Positions 1 through 10,692 of a stretch of 64,000 bases of DNA are shown piece after piece. Positions within the stretch are counted from its first letter, which is position 1, and each line of letters begins with the position of its first letter. Source of the DNA: Alphaproteobacteria bacterium. GTDB lineage: Bacteria > Pseudomonadota > Alphaproteobacteria > SP197. The stretch covers positions 1,792,001-1,856,000 of the forward strand of contig OZ245842.1 in the NCBI GenBank assembly GCA_965228895.1. The letters are read 5' to 3'. Position numbers and translations under genes: made by a program. Below the pieces are notes generated by a model. The model did no database searches and had not been told where the DNA came from. It was given only the letters and a program-made list of their open reading frames with translations.

Positions 1-186
1 TGGTCCGCCGAACTGCTGGGCCATGCGCTCCGGCGATTGCGGCGGTGGGTAAACGCCGCGCCGCGCGGGGTCGGCCAGTTCGTCGGCGATGATGTCGACA
101 ACCCGGTAGCCCAGGCGCCGGATCTCGTCGGCGCTGATCTCGAGCGGGGCACGGCGATCTTGGTGCGTGGTCTTGATGTCGTTCAT
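1..186 (-). CDS. Group II PLP-dependent (aromatic amino acid-type) decarboxylase, 5' part only; runs off the window edge
   Basis: Hand translation from ATG at 186 (RBS GGAG): MNDIKTTHQDRRAPLEISADEIRRLGYRVVDIIADEL..., same N-terminal pattern as the decarboxylases at 19215 and 54043. Not in the ORF track. Confidence 0.75.
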   Translation of the reverse strand, partial: MNDIKTTHQDRRAPLEISADEIRRLGYRVVDIIADELADPARRGVYPPPQSPERMAQQFGGP

Positions 187-346
187 GGCATCTCCGTTCC
201 CGGCGGATGCCGGGCGATGCTTTCGGATGATCGTGAGAAGCTTGCGGGAGGCGACGCCCAGAACGCAACCGTACGATGGTTACGAGTTCCAAACAGTCTT
301 GTCTTTGTTGGGGGCGCCGGTCGCGTCCGGCAACGCTCAAAAAGGA

Positions 347-670
347 TCAGCCGCGGGCGGACCGCGCGGTAACACGATCGTCGGCACATACGCGGATCGA
401 TGACAAGCTCACGACGCGGCCGTTGCTGTGGCCGTTGGCTGCTGCCGCCGTCTTCGATCTGTTCTGCCGTTCGCTCAAGGCGTCGTACTCGTAAAGGCAC
501 GCATAGGCTTCGCGGATGGCCGCACGGTTGCCGTTGACCTCAAGGTCGTTGAGCGCTCGCAACAGTTCAAAGTGGACCAGCGTTGCGAGGGGCGTACGCG
601 ACACGAAACGCTGGTCCGCCGTCGCCTGGCGGATTTCGTCAACCATTGCCTCGAATGTCGGCACACGCAT
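347..670 (-). CDS. Hypothetical protein, 107 aa
   Basis: ATG-started ORF filling an otherwise empty interval, with GC-rich third codon positions; no motif recognised. Confidence 0.45.
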   Translation of the reverse strand: MRVPTFEAMVDEIRQATADQRFVSRTPLATLVHFELLRALNDLEVNGNRAAIREAYACLYEYDALSERQNRSKTAAAANGHSNGRVVSLSSIRVCADDRVTARSARG

Positions 671-920
671 GCTCGACCCCTTGCCACTGAGCCCACGCAG
701 AATAGGGCATGGAGCCAGGTTTGCCCGCGTTCATTGGGTGTAACCCTATGGTACGTGCGGCCATTATCCCGATGGCTGAGGGCATTCGGCGGCCGGACTC
801 TCACCCAGAAAAGGACCTCGGCTGCTCTAGTAGGCGCGTCGGCAGCCTGTTTTGCGCGGGCCATGGCCTATGCAGCCCGAAGCGGTCTAAGGTGCCTTGA
901 GATGTCAAGGGGAGGTGCCC

Positions 921-1313
921 ATGGCGCGCATAACTGGCATTGGCGGTGTTTTTTTCAAGGCGCGGGATCCCGCCGCTTTGTCCGCGTGGTACCGCGACGT
1001 GCTTGGCTTGGAGACGGAGGAGGGCGGTGCGGTGACCTTCTCCTGGGCCGACGATCCGCAGCCTGGCGGCTCCGGCCACACGGTCTGGGGTCCTTTCCGC
1101 CAGGACACCACCTATTTTCAACCCAGTGAGAAACCCTACATGTTTAACTTCCGCGTCGATGACCTCGATGGCTTTCTCGCCCGGCTCCGCAAGGCCGGCG
1201 TGACCGTCGACGATAAGACCGAGACTTTCGACTACGGCCGCTTCGGCTGGGCGATGGATCCCGAGGGCAACCGTATCGAGCTCTGGGAACCGACGGCGGT
1301 GACACCACATTAG
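921..1313 (+). CDS. VOC/glyoxalase family protein
   Basis: RITGIGGVFFK...NFRVDDLD...YGRFGWAMDPEGNRIELWEP; RBS GGAGG before ATG 921. Confidence 0.9.
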   Translation: MARITGIGGVFFKARDPAALSAWYRDVLGLETEEGGAVTFSWADDPQPGGSGHTVWGPFRQDTTYFQPSEKPYMFNFRVDDLDGFLARLRKAGVTVDDKTETFDYGRFGWAMDPEGNRIELWEPTAVTPH

Positions 1314-1352
1314 CCATGGCGATCGGGCAAGCCTGAACTGAGGAGAAGACAA

Positions 1353-2726
1353 GTGGCCGAGTACGATTATGACCTGTTTGTCATCGGTGGCGGGTCCGGA
1401 GGCGTGCGTTGTGCACGGTTTTCCGCCGGATATGGCGCCCGCGTCGCGATTGCCGAAGAACGCTACTGGGGCGGCACCTGCGTCAACGTTGGCTGTATCC
1501 CCAAGAAGCTCTTCGTCTACGGCTCGCAAGTTGCCGAAGAACTGAAGGACGTCACGGGTTACGGCTGGCAGGTTGGTGACGTCAGCTTCGATTGGCAAAA
1601 ACTGGTTGCCAACAAGAACGAGGAGATCGGACGCCTTAACGGCATCTACGACCGCATGCTGCGCGCCGCCGGTTGCGATGTTATCGACGGACGCGCGGTC
1701 GTCGTCGACGCCCATACGGTCAAAATCGGCGACAAGACCTACACGTCCCGCTACATCCTGGTCGCGACGGGCGGCTGGCCGTTCGTGCCGGAGTTTCCGG
1801 GCAGCGAGCACGCGGTGACATCCAACGAGCTGTTCTTCCTGGACAAGCTGCCAGAGAAGATCGTCATTGTCGGCGGCGGATACATCTCCGTGGAGTTCGC
1901 CGGTATTTTCAACGGTCTCGGTGTTGATGTGACCCAGCTTTACCGGCGTAATCTTTTCCTGCGCGGTTTCGACCGCGACATCCGCGAGTTCCTGGCCGAA
2001 GAGATGCGCAAGAAGGGCATTGACCTGCACTTCAACTGCGACATCACGATGATCGAGAAGAAGGGCGACCGCTTCGTCGCGACGCTGGATCGCGGCCAGA
2101 CGATCGAGGCCGATTTGATCTTCTATGCGACCGGACGCCGGCCGCTGACTGCAGGCCTCGGTCTGGAAAAAGCTGGCGTCAAGCTGGCCGACAACGGCGC
2201 GGTTGAAGTCGACGAGTTCTTCCAGACCTCGGTGCCGTCGATCTATGCCTTGGGCGACGTGGTCGGGCGTATGGAGCTGACGCCGGTGGCGCTGGCCGAA
2301 GGCATGGCCGTCGCGAAATGCCTGTTCGGTGGCGAAAGCCAGACCGTGCACTACGACCTCGTGCCGACCGGCGTCTTCAGCCAGCCGGAGATCGCGACTG
2401 TCGGCCTGACCGAGGAGGCGGCGCGCGAGCGCCATGTCGATATCGATATCTACACGTCGGAGTTCCGCGCGCTCAAACACACGATGACCGACAACCAGGA
2501 GCGCACGTTGATGAAGCTGGTTGTCGATAAGACGACCGACCGTGTCGTTGGCGCGCACATGGTTGGCGCCCATGCGGGCGATCTGATCCAGGGCATTGCG
2601 ATCGCGCTGAACGCGGGCGCAACGAAGGCCGTGTTCGACAAGACCATCGGCGTGCATCCGACCAGCGCCGAGGAATGGGTCACCATGCGCGAACCCGTGC
2701 GCGGTCAGGAGGAAGCCGCAGAGTAG
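1353..2726 (+). CDS. gor: Glutathione-disulfide reductase
   Basis: GGGSGG FAD motif, [13 protein letters not shown] redox disulfide, C-terminal HPTSAEE. Confidence 0.95.
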   Translation: MAEYDYDLFVIGGGSGGVRCARFSAGYGARVAIAEERYWGGTCVNVGCIPKKLFVYGSQVAEELKDVTGYGWQVGDVSFDWQKLVANKNEEIGRLNGIYDRMLRAAGCDVIDGRAVVVDAHTVKIGDKTYTSRYILVATGGWPFVPEFPGSEHAVTSNELFFLDKLPEKIVIVGGGYISVEFAGIFNGLGVDVTQLYRRNLFLRGFDRDIREFLAEEMRKKGIDLHFNCDITMIEKKGDRFVATLDRGQTIEADLIFYATGRRPLTAGLGLEKAGVKLADNGAVEVDEFFQTSVPSIYALGDVVGRMELTPVALAEGMAVAKCLFGGESQTVHYDLVPTGVFSQPEIATVGLTEEAARERHVDIDIYTSEFRALKHTMTDNQERTLMKLVVDKTTDRVVGAHMVGAHAGDLIQGIAIALNAGATKAVFDKTIGVHPTSAEEWVTMREPVRGQEEAAE

Positions 2727-2748
2727 GCGCGCTCGCTCGCTGGGTTGG

Positions 2749-3657
2749 TCAGAGACCTTTGTCCCAGTACGGCTTGTCGCCGAAGCGCTCGGCAAGGAAG
2801 TCAATGAAGACACGAACCTTGGCTGACAGGAAACGGTGGGGCGGATAGATCACCGATATGTCGGCAGGCCGCCGTTCCCAGTCGCTCAGCAACCGGACCA
2901 GCTTGCCGGATCGCAAGTCCGGGCCGGTAATGAAGGTGGGCAAAAGCACGATGCCGCGTCCGCGCACGGCGGCGTCACGCAGGACATCGCCGTTGTTCAC
3001 ACACAGATGACCGGGGACCGTGACCGTCACCTCGCCGGACGTATTGTGAAAACTCCAACGCACGTCGGTCGCCAGATGGCCATAGGTCAGGCACGTGTGG
3101 TCGACGAGGTCGTCGGGGTGTTGCGGTTCGCCATGCGCGGCCACGTAGTCGGGCGAGGCGACAAGCGACTGATGAGACACGGCAATGCGCCGCGCGATCA
3201 TGCTTGAATCGGCAAGCGCGCCAATCCGCACGCCGATATCGAACCCGCCGTCGATCATGTCGACCTGGCGGTCGTTCAAGATCAACTGCACCTTAACGTC
3301 GGGATAGCGCGCCATGAAGTCGGTCAGCGGACCGGTCAGATGCAGCATCGCAAACGACATCGGTGCGTTGATGCGAAGGCGCCCACGCGGTTCGTCGTGC
3401 AGGCTGGAGACCGCCAGCTCGGCCTCTTCGACATCGGCCAGGATGGCAAGGCAGCGTTCGTTGTAGGCAAGCCCGACCTCGGTCGGACTGACCCGGCGTG
3501 TGGTCCGGTTCAAGAGCCTGGCGCCCAACTGCTTTTCCAACTGCATCACGCTCTTGCTGACGCCGGCGCGGGTCAGACCGAGCTTGTCAGCCGCCGCGGT
3601 GAAACTCTTGCTCTCCACCACCTGGGTAAAGATTTTCATGTTTGTCAGGCGGTCCAC
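2749..3657 (-). CDS. LysR family transcriptional regulator
   Basis: GTG start with RBS GGAG; HTH SFTAAADKLG...LLNRTTRRVSPTE; divergent from pirin. Confidence 0.93.
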   Translation of the reverse strand: MDRLTNMKIFTQVVESKSFTAAADKLGLTRAGVSKSVMQLEKQLGARLLNRTTRRVSPTEVGLAYNERCLAILADVEEAELAVSSLHDEPRGRLRINAPMSFAMLHLTGPLTDFMARYPDVKVQLILNDRQVDMIDGGFDIGVRIGALADSSMIARRIAVSHQSLVASPDYVAAHGEPQHPDDLVDHTCLTYGHLATDVRWSFHNTSGEVTVTVPGHLCVNNGDVLRDAAVRGRGIVLLPTFITGPDLRSGKLVRLLSDWERRPADISVIYPPHRFLSAKVRVFIDFLAERFGDKPYWDKGL

Positions 3658-3790
3658 GGCTTCTCCATTGTCAACTACGGGTTTCCATATTCGTTCATTT
3701 CGATCGGATTGTCTCCTGTTTTGCCAGAGCCATCTGCAAGCCTGTGTGATCCGTAACCCATGTATGCCGCGATGAAGAGGAGATGACGCC

Positions 3791-4495
3791 ATGATGACCA
3801 TGCGACGCGCCGACGATAGGGGACACGCCCGTTTTGACTGGTTGGACAGCCGCCACACGTTCTCGTTCGGCAGCTACCATGACTCCAGGCATATGGGTTT
3901 CGGGCCGCTGCGCGTGATCAACGACGACCGGGTGATTCCGGGCGCCGGCTTCGAGACCCATGGCCACCGCGATATGGAGATTGTGACCTATGTCCTGGAA
4001 GGCGCGCTGGCCCACAAGGATAGCCTCGGCAACGGGTCGGTCATTCTGCCGGGCGAGATCCAGCGCATGAGTGCGGGCGCCGGCATCACCCACAGTGAGT
4101 TCAACGACTCAACGACCGATCCCGTGCATTTTCTCCAGATCTGGATCGAGCCAAGCCAGATTGGTTTGACGCCCGGATATGAGCAAAAGCCCATACCGCC
4201 TGAAGCCAGGCGCGACCGGTTCGGCCTTCTGGCGTCGCCTGACGGTCGTGACGGGTCGGTCACCGTGCATCAGGATGCCATGCTCTGGGGTGCTTTGCTG
4301 TCACCCGGCACGTCGGTCGAGCATGATCTCGCGGCCAACCGTCTTGCCTGGTTGCACGTGGCTGACGGCGTGGCCGAGGTGAACGGGGAGTATTTGGAGA
4401 CCGGCGACGGACTCGCTGTGCGCGACGAAACCAAACTGGCGGTCCAGGCTATCGACAACACCGACATCCTCCTGTTCGACTTGGCCGACCAGTAA
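3791..4495 (+). CDS. Pirin family protein (YhhW-like)
   Basis: WLDSRHTFSF, GFETHGHRDMEI, MSAGAGITHSE, FLQIWI motifs. Confidence 0.93.
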   Translation: MMTMRRADDRGHARFDWLDSRHTFSFGSYHDSRHMGFGPLRVINDDRVIPGAGFETHGHRDMEIVTYVLEGALAHKDSLGNGSVILPGEIQRMSAGAGITHSEFNDSTTDPVHFLQIWIEPSQIGLTPGYEQKPIPPEARRDRFGLLASPDGRDGSVTVHQDAMLWGALLSPGTSVEHDLAANRLAWLHVADGVAEVNGEYLETGDGLAVRDETKLAVQAIDNTDILLFDLADQ

Positions 4496-4523
4496 GTCGC
4501 CCAACATGTGAGCGCCGACATGG

Positions 4524-4549
4524 ATTCAAGCGCGGATTTGCGCTTGAAT
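4524..4549. terminator. Hairpin after pirin, possible terminator
   Basis: ATTCAAGCGC-GGATTT-GCGCTTGAAT perfect 10-bp stem; no clear U-tract. Confidence 0.4.
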
Positions 4550-4655
4550 TCCGGCGACTTAACCCAAGGTTTCCCTGGAGTCTTGGCGAATCGAGGCGTA
4601 TATCGCCCAATTCCGGAAGAAAACGATCAAAACCACGAAAAAAAGAGAGACACCC

Positions 4656-6035
4656 ATGACATCTACCTGGAGCCCGTCAAGCTGGCGGGAAAAACCCATC
4701 CTCCAGGTTCCGGAGTATCCGGATCCCGACGCGCTGGCCGGCGTTGAGCGCCAGCTTGGGGGCTACCCGCCGCTGGTGTTCGCTGGTGAAGCCCGCAACC
4801 TGAAGCGTGTTCTGGCCCAGGTCGCCGAGGGCAAGGCGTTCTTGCTCCAGGGCGGCGACTGTGCCGAGAGTTTCTCGGAGTTTCATCCCGATGCCATCCG
4901 CGACACCTTCAAGGTGCTGTTGCAGATGGCGGTCGTCCTGGCCTTTGGCGCGTCCTGTCCGGTGGTCAAGGTGTCGCGTATGGCCGGTCAGTTCGCCAAG
5001 CCGCGCTCGTCCAATACCGAGGTGCAGGGCGATGTCGAACTGCCGAGCTACCGTGGCGATATCATCAACGGCATCGACTTCGACGAAGCCTCGCGGGTGC
5101 CCGATCCCGAACGCATGCGCTCGGCCTATCATCAGGCGGCGTCGACCCTGAACCTCTTGCGTGCGTTCGCCCAGGGCGGTTTTGCCGATCTGCATCGCGT
5201 GCAGGGCTGGAACAACGACTTTGTCGCCGACAGCGCCCAGGGCCATCGTTACGAAGCCATGGCGCAGCGCATCCAGGAGGCGTTGAGTTTCATGGAAGCG
5301 TGCGGTCTGACGTCGGAGAACGTCCCGCAACTGCGCGAGACCGAGCTCTACACGTCGCACGAGGCGCTGTTGCTGCCCTATGAAGAGGCGATGACCCGCG
5401 TCGATTCGACGACCGGCGACTGGTACGACACCTCCGCGCACATGGTCTGGATCGGCGATCGGACGCGTCAGCCCGACCACGCCCATGTCGAGTTCATGCG
5501 CGGCATCAACAATCCGATTGCCATGAAATGTGGGCCGTCGCTCGATCCCGATGAGCTGCTGCGGTTGATTGATGTTCTGAACCCGGAAAATGAGCCCGGC
5601 CGTCTGACACTGATCGTGCGCATGGGCGCCGACAAGGTGGAGGAGGGCATGCTGCCCTTGATCCGCGCTGTCGAACGCGAGGGCCGTCATGTCGTGTGGT
5701 CGTGCGATCCCATGCACGGCAACACGATCAAGGCGCCGAGCGGCTACAAGACGCGCCCGTTCGACCGCATCCTGGCCGAGGTGCGCGGCTTCTTTGCGGT
5801 TCACCGCGCCGAGGGCACCCATGCCGGCGGTGTGCATTTCGAGATGACCGGCAAGGACGTGACCGAGTGTTTGGGCGGCGCCCAGGAGATCACCGACGCC
5901 GATCTGCAGGACCGCTACCACACCCATTGCGATCCCAGGCTTAACGCCAGTCAGGCCTTGGAGTTGGCGTTCCTGATCGCTGAGCAGTTAAAGGCCGAGC
6001 GCGACGAAGCCGCGCGGCTAGCCGCCGCGCAGTAA
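4656..6035 (+). CDS. Class II DAHP synthase (3-deoxy-7-phosphoheptulonate synthase)
   Basis: [37 protein letters not shown] motifs. Confidence 0.95.
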   Translation: MTSTWSPSSWREKPILQVPEYPDPDALAGVERQLGGYPPLVFAGEARNLKRVLAQVAEGKAFLLQGGDCAESFSEFHPDAIRDTFKVLLQMAVVLAFGASCPVVKVSRMAGQFAKPRSSNTEVQGDVELPSYRGDIINGIDFDEASRVPDPERMRSAYHQAASTLNLLRAFAQGGFADLHRVQGWNNDFVADSAQGHRYEAMAQRIQEALSFMEACGLTSENVPQLRETELYTSHEALLLPYEEAMTRVDSTTGDWYDTSAHMVWIGDRTRQPDHAHVEFMRGINNPIAMKCGPSLDPDELLRLIDVLNPENEPGRLTLIVRMGADKVEEGMLPLIRAVEREGRHVVWSCDPMHGNTIKAPSGYKTRPFDRILAEVRGFFAVHRAEGTHAGGVHFEMTGKDVTECLGGAQEITDADLQDRYHTHCDPRLNASQALELAFLIAEQLKAERDEAARLAAAQ

Positions 6036-6072
6036 GGCAGGTCGCGCCAGCGCTCCTTAGGGGGAAGTAGCG

Positions 6073-7236
6073 ATGGCGGAAGACAATCCGGACCTAACAA
6101 AGCCCAAGAGCGGTTCCTTGTGGCCGCGCGAGGAGGATGTCGGCCGTTGGACCGACGTCTACTTCAAACGAACCAAGAAGACGGTTGAAACGTTCGGCGA
6201 TACCCGCGTCACCTATGCGGTCTTCATGCGCCGCCCGGTCGTTTGCGCGCCGCGGCTCGCTGTTGACTGGCTGCACGGTATCGCTGCGGTACGTGGCGTG
6301 ACATTCGACATTGAGCTGACCCATAGCGAAGGCCGCTGGGTCGGCGCTGGCGAGCCGATGATGTACATCTCCGGGCCGCTCGCTTCGCTGGTCGATTTGG
6401 AGACGTTGTTTCTGCAAAAACTTGGGCCGGCATGCGTCGCCGCCTACAACGCCTACACCATGTGCGTCGATATGCCCAAGGCGGGTTTCCTCGCCATGGA
6501 TGCGCGCCACTGCGCGGGTACCGAGATGGCCGAGATGATGGCCTATGCGGCCTCGGTCGGTTCGGCGCGCGCCCAACGCAAAGCCGGTGCTGTCGGCTTT
6601 ATCGGCAACGCCACCGACGCGACCGCGCATTACTTTGGTAACGACAAGGGTTTCGGCACCATGCCCCATGCCCTGATCGGTTATGCCGGCAGCACGGTCC
6701 GCGCCGCCGAGATGTTCCGCGACGCCAACCCCGACGCGCCGATGACCGTTCTGGTCGATTTCTTCGGCCTGGAGATCACCGATGCGCTCGCGGTGTGCCG
6801 GCGTTATCCCGACCTCGCCGCGACGGGTGAGCTTTCCGTCCGGCTCGACACCGGTGGCGGGCGCTTCGTGGAAGGTCTCGATCCTCAGACGAGTTATGCT
6901 GTTTTGGAACGCAATGTGCCCGAGGCGATCCGCGGTTACCGCTCCGAAGTCGAGCTGCGCTATCTGATCGGCACCGGTGTCTCGGCCGCCGGCATCTGGT
7001 ACATGCGCGAGCAGTTGGACGTCGCCGGTTTCGACAAGGTGAAGATCGTCGCCAGTTCCGGCTTCGGCGCTGCCAAATGTAAGACCATGGCCGTCGCCAA
7101 CGCGCCGATCGATGTCATCGGCACCGGCAGCTACCTGCCGGAAGTGTGGACCGAGACCTATGCCACCGCCGACATCGTCGCCTATGACGACGAGCCGCGC
7201 GTCAAGGTCGGCCGCGAGTTCCTGTTGCGTAACTGA
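6073..7236 (+). CDS. pncB: Nicotinate phosphoribosyltransferase
   Basis: TDVYF and GTMPHALI (phospho-His) motifs, VRLDT; close to nadE. Confidence 0.85.
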   Translation: MAEDNPDLTKPKSGSLWPREEDVGRWTDVYFKRTKKTVETFGDTRVTYAVFMRRPVVCAPRLAVDWLHGIAAVRGVTFDIELTHSEGRWVGAGEPMMYISGPLASLVDLETLFLQKLGPACVAAYNAYTMCVDMPKAGFLAMDARHCAGTEMAEMMAYAASVGSARAQRKAGAVGFIGNATDATAHYFGNDKGFGTMPHALIGYAGSTVRAAEMFRDANPDAPMTVLVDFFGLEITDALAVCRRYPDLAATGELSVRLDTGGGRFVEGLDPQTSYAVLERNVPEAIRGYRSEVELRYLIGTGVSAAGIWYMREQLDVAGFDKVKIVASSGFGAAKCKTMAVANAPIDVIGTGSYLPEVWTETYATADIVAYDDEPRVKVGREFLLRN

Positions 7237-7317
7237 CGCTCTGCTCCCCGGTCCGTGGCGTCATGAATCCTCCCGCTCTGTTCGTCGGACAACATAGGCA
7301 GTCCAGAAGGTTCTCTC

Positions 7318-8955
7318 ATGGAGTTTGACGACCTCCACCATCAGGCAGATCGGCCGTTCAGTCAGGATCAAATCGATTACCTGTTGCCGCTGGGCCGCAC
7401 GATACATGTCGCGGCAGGCGATTACCTGTGGCGCACGGGCGATGTCACGGGCGACTTCCATGTCTTGCTGAAAGGCGTGCTCGATATTCTGGCCGATGCG
7501 GGATCGGAAGAAGAGCTCGTGTTTCGGGCGACGCCCGGTCAGTTCATGGGCGAGTTCAATTTCTTTACCGGCGAGCGACAGCCGCTTTCATGCCAGGCCC
7601 ATGAAGCATCCGACGTGCTGATCGTGCCGCGAGAGAAGATGCTTGGTGTGCTCTCGAATGTGCCTGAGATCAGCGACCTCGTCGTCACCGCTTTTGCCGC
7701 CAGGCGCCAGGTTGCCATGCAGCTCCAGGCCAGCGGTATGGTTGTTGTCGGATCGGAGGACGATCCGGTCGCAGGCCGATTGCGCGAGTTCGCGAGCCGC
7801 AATCAGATCCCGTGCGGCTGGGCAGAGTTGGGGTCACCGGCGGCCAAAACGTTAACCGAGCGCTTCGGCCTTGAAGGCAGCAAGACCGTTGCCATCGTGC
7901 ACGGTAAGACCGTGCTGCGCGAGCCGTCGAACCTTGAGATCGCCAAGGCGCTCGGATTGGACCGGGCCATTCGTGACGGTCGCAGGGCGGAGCTGATCGT
8001 TGTCGGCGCCGGGCCTGCCGGTCTGGCCGCATCTGTCTATGGCGCCTCGGAAGGCTTGGAGACGCTGGCGATCGAGGATACGGCAATCGGCGGTCAAGCT
8101 GGCTCGTCATCGCGCATTGAGAACTATCTGGGTTTTCCGACCGGCTTGTCTGGCATTGAGCTCGCCTATCGCGGCGAAGTTCAGGCCGTAAAGTTTGGCG
8201 CGCAACTGTCGGTGCCGAGCCACGCGACAAAGTTCTACCCCTGCGATGACGGCTTCTGCATCGAATTGGAAGACGGTGTGAAGCTGTTTGGCGCCAGCGT
8301 CGTCGTCGCATCCGGCGCACGGTACCGCAAACTCAGTGTCGACAACCTGGAAGCATACGAAGGCAAGGGGATCTTCTATGCGGCCACCGACTTCGAAGCG
8401 CAGTTTTGCCGCAAGACCGACGCCATCGTGGTCGGCGGCGGCAACTCGGCCGGCCAGGCGGCGATGTTCCTGTCGCGCCACGCCCACCATGTGCATGTGC
8501 TCGTGCGCAGCGCGAGCCTGGCGGCGAGCATGTCGCACTACCTGTTGTCGCGCTTGGAGAATGATCCGCGCATCACCATCCACTATCAGACCGAGATTGT
8601 CGCCTTGCATGGCGACCAACACCTGGAGCGGGTGACGCTGCGGCATCGCGACAGCACGAACGAACGTGACGTCGTGACGCGGGCTGTTTTCGTGATGATT
8701 GGCGCGGCGCCCAACGCGGGATGGCTCGGCGATACGGTAATGTTGGACAGTCACGGCTTTGTCCTGACGGGCACGGAGGCCGGCGCCACGACACCGTTCG
8801 AAACCAGCCTGCCGGGCGTGTTCGCGGTCGGCGACGTGCGTTCCGGCTCGGTCAAACGGGTCGCGTCGGCGGTCGGCGAGGGCTCCGTCGTCATCTCCTA
8901 TGTCCACCGCTATCTGATGAGCCGGCGCGAAGAGCTCGCGTCGCCCTCAGGCTAG
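7318..8955 (+). CDS. Cyclic-nucleotide-binding domain fused to thioredoxin-reductase-like FAD oxidoreductase
   Basis: N-terminal cNMP-like GQFMGE; GAGPAG, SSRIENYLGFP, GGGNSAGQ, GDVRSGSVKRVASAVGEG. Confidence 0.88.
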   Translation: MEFDDLHHQADRPFSQDQIDYLLPLGRTIHVAAGDYLWRTGDVTGDFHVLLKGVLDILADAGSEEELVFRATPGQFMGEFNFFTGERQPLSCQAHEASDVLIVPREKMLGVLSNVPEISDLVVTAFAARRQVAMQLQASGMVVVGSEDDPVAGRLREFASRNQIPCGWAELGSPAAKTLTERFGLEGSKTVAIVHGKTVLREPSNLEIAKALGLDRAIRDGRRAELIVVGAGPAGLAASVYGASEGLETLAIEDTAIGGQAGSSSRIENYLGFPTGLSGIELAYRGEVQAVKFGAQLSVPSHATKFYPCDDGFCIELEDGVKLFGASVVVASGARYRKLSVDNLEAYEGKGIFYAATDFEAQFCRKTDAIVVGGGNSAGQAAMFLSRHAHHVHVLVRSASLAASMSHYLLSRLENDPRITIHYQTEIVALHGDQHLERVTLRHRDSTNERDVVTRAVFVMIGAAPNAGWLGDTVMLDSHGFVLTGTEAGATTPFETSLPGVFAVGDVRSGSVKRVASAVGEGSVVISYVHRYLMSRREELASPSG

Positions 8956-9036
8956 GTGACGGGGTTTAACCGGGCTGCAATTGACACCACGTTCTGGTCA
9001 CCCTAAGCACCCCCTTCCAATCGGGACCGCTCCGTC

Positions 9037-10692
9037 ATGACCGACCACCTGAAGATCGCGCTTGCCCAACTCAACCCGACCGTGGGCGCCGTCGAGGCTA
9101 ATGCCGACAAGGTGCTGGCCGCGCGTGCGACGGCGGCCGGTGAAGGCGCCGATCTTCTGGTCACGTCCGAACTGGTCATCAACGGTTACCCGCCCGACGA
9201 TCTGGTGCTGCGTCCGGCATTCCAGGAACAGGTCGAGGCAGCGGTCGCACGCATTGCCGCGGCGACTGGCGATGGCGGACCGGCGGTCATTCTGGGTGCT
9301 AGTTACCGGCAGGACGGCGCGCTCTATAACGCCGCCTATCTGCTCGACGAGGGCGCGATCAAACATGTGCGTTTGAAGTATGACCTCCCGAACTACGGCG
9401 TGTTCGACGAAAAACGCGTTTTCAGCGGCGGCCCGTTGCCAGGTCCCGTGCCGTTCCGTGACGTCCGGCTGGGCGTTATGGTGTGCGAGGACATGTGGAC
9501 CGGCGAGGTCACCGAATGCCATGCAGAGAATGGCGCGGAGATCCTGATCGTTCCCAACGGCTCGCCCTTCGATGCGACCAAGACCGATGAGCGCCTGGCG
9601 CATGCCGTAGCCCGGGTCACGGAGTCCGGTCTGCCATTGGTCTACGTCAATCAGGTCGGCGGCCAGGACGAGTTGGTGTTCGACGGCGCATCCTTTGTCA
9701 TCGGTGCCGACCGCTCGCTGTGCACCCAACTGCCTTCGTGGGAGGAGGCGGTCGTCGTCACATCATGGCGGCGTGGCGATGATGGCTGGGTATGCGAGCC
9801 CGGCACGGTCGTTGCCGAAGCGGGCCGCCTGGAGAACATCTATCGTGCCATGGTCATGGGGCTCGCCGACTATGTCGGCAAGAATGGTTTCCCGGGCGTC
9901 TTGATCGGCCTTTCCGGCGGCATCGATTCCGCGTTGTCGGCGGCGGTCGCCGCTGACGCGCTGGGACCGGACAAGGTCCACTGCGTGATGATGCCATCCG
10001 AGTTCACCAGTGAGGAATCCCTGGACGACGCTGCGGGTTGCGCCGAGATGCTGGGCGTGCGCTTGGACAGCGTCTCGATCGCGCCGGCGGTCGACGCGTT
10101 CGACACCATGCTGCATGACCTCTTCGCCGGTACCGAACCCAACGAGGCCGAGGAGAACATACAGGCGCGAGCGCGCGGCATGACGTTAATGGCGCTCTCC
10201 AACAAGTTTGGTTCGATGGTGCTGTCGACCGGTAACAAGTCGGAGATGTCGGTCGGCTACGCAACGCTCTATGGCGACATGTGCGGCGGTTATTCCGTCC
10301 TGAAGGATGTCTACAAGACGGCGGTCTACGAACTCTCCGCCTGGCGTAACCAGCATATGCCAACCGGCGTGCTGGGCCCGGCGGGCCGGGTCATTCCGGA
10401 GAACATCATCACCAAGGCGCCGACGGCGGAGTTGAAGCCGGACCAGACCGACCAGGACAGCCTGCCGCCTTATGACGTGCTTGACGACATTCTGACGGGC
10501 CTGATCGAGGGCGAGGAGACGTTCGAGCAGGTCCAGGCACGCGGCCATGATCGCGCGCTCGTCAAACGTATTTGGAACATGCTGCTGCGCGCCGAATACA
10601 AACGCCGTCAGGCGCCGCCCGGCGTCAAGATCACGACGCGCGCCTTTGGGCGCGAGCGGCGCTACCCGATCACCAACCGTTTCCGTTCATGA
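9037..10692 (+). CDS. nadE: Glutamine-dependent NAD+ synthetase
   Basis: Nitrilase domain (LPNYGVFDEKR, CED) plus GLSGGIDS, NKSE, TLYGD. Confidence 0.96.
   Translation: MTDHLKIALAQLNPTVGAVEANADKVLAARATAAGEGADLLVTSELVINGYPPDDLVLRPAFQEQVEAAVARIAAATGDGGPAVILGASYRQDGALYNAAYLLDEGAIKHVRLKYDLPNYGVFDEKRVFSGGPLPGPVPFRDVRLGVMVCEDMWTGEVTECHAENGAEILIVPNGSPFDATKTDERLAHAVARVTESGLPLVYVNQVGGQDELVFDGASFVIGADRSLCTQLPSWEEAVVVTSWRRGDDGWVCEPGTVVAEAGRLENIYRAMVMGLADYVGKNGFPGVLIGLSGGIDSALSAAVAADALGPDKVHCVMMPSEFTSEESLDDAAGCAEMLGVRLDSVSIAPAVDAFDTMLHDLFAGTEPNEAEENIQARARGMTLMALSNKFGSMVLSTGNKSEMSVGYATLYGDMCGGYSVLKDVYKTAVYELSAWRNQHMPTGVLGPAGRVIPENIITKAPTAELKPDQTDQDSLPPYDVLDDILTGLIEGEETFEQVQARGHDRALVKRIWNMLLRAEYKRRQAPPGVKITTRAFGRERRYPITNRFRS

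Noticed and set aside
190-345. Possible riboswitch or operator upstream of the first decarboxylase (CGCAACC-N7-GGTTACG at ~264-284)
   Set aside because: Single short imperfect palindrome; no known aptamer motif recognised.
801-2813. 670-aa minus-strand ORF, and similar long antisense ORFs (26996-28936, 51529-53946, 4677-5927)
   Set aside because: Shadow frames opposite well-supported genes, as expected in high-GC DNA; no recognisable motifs.
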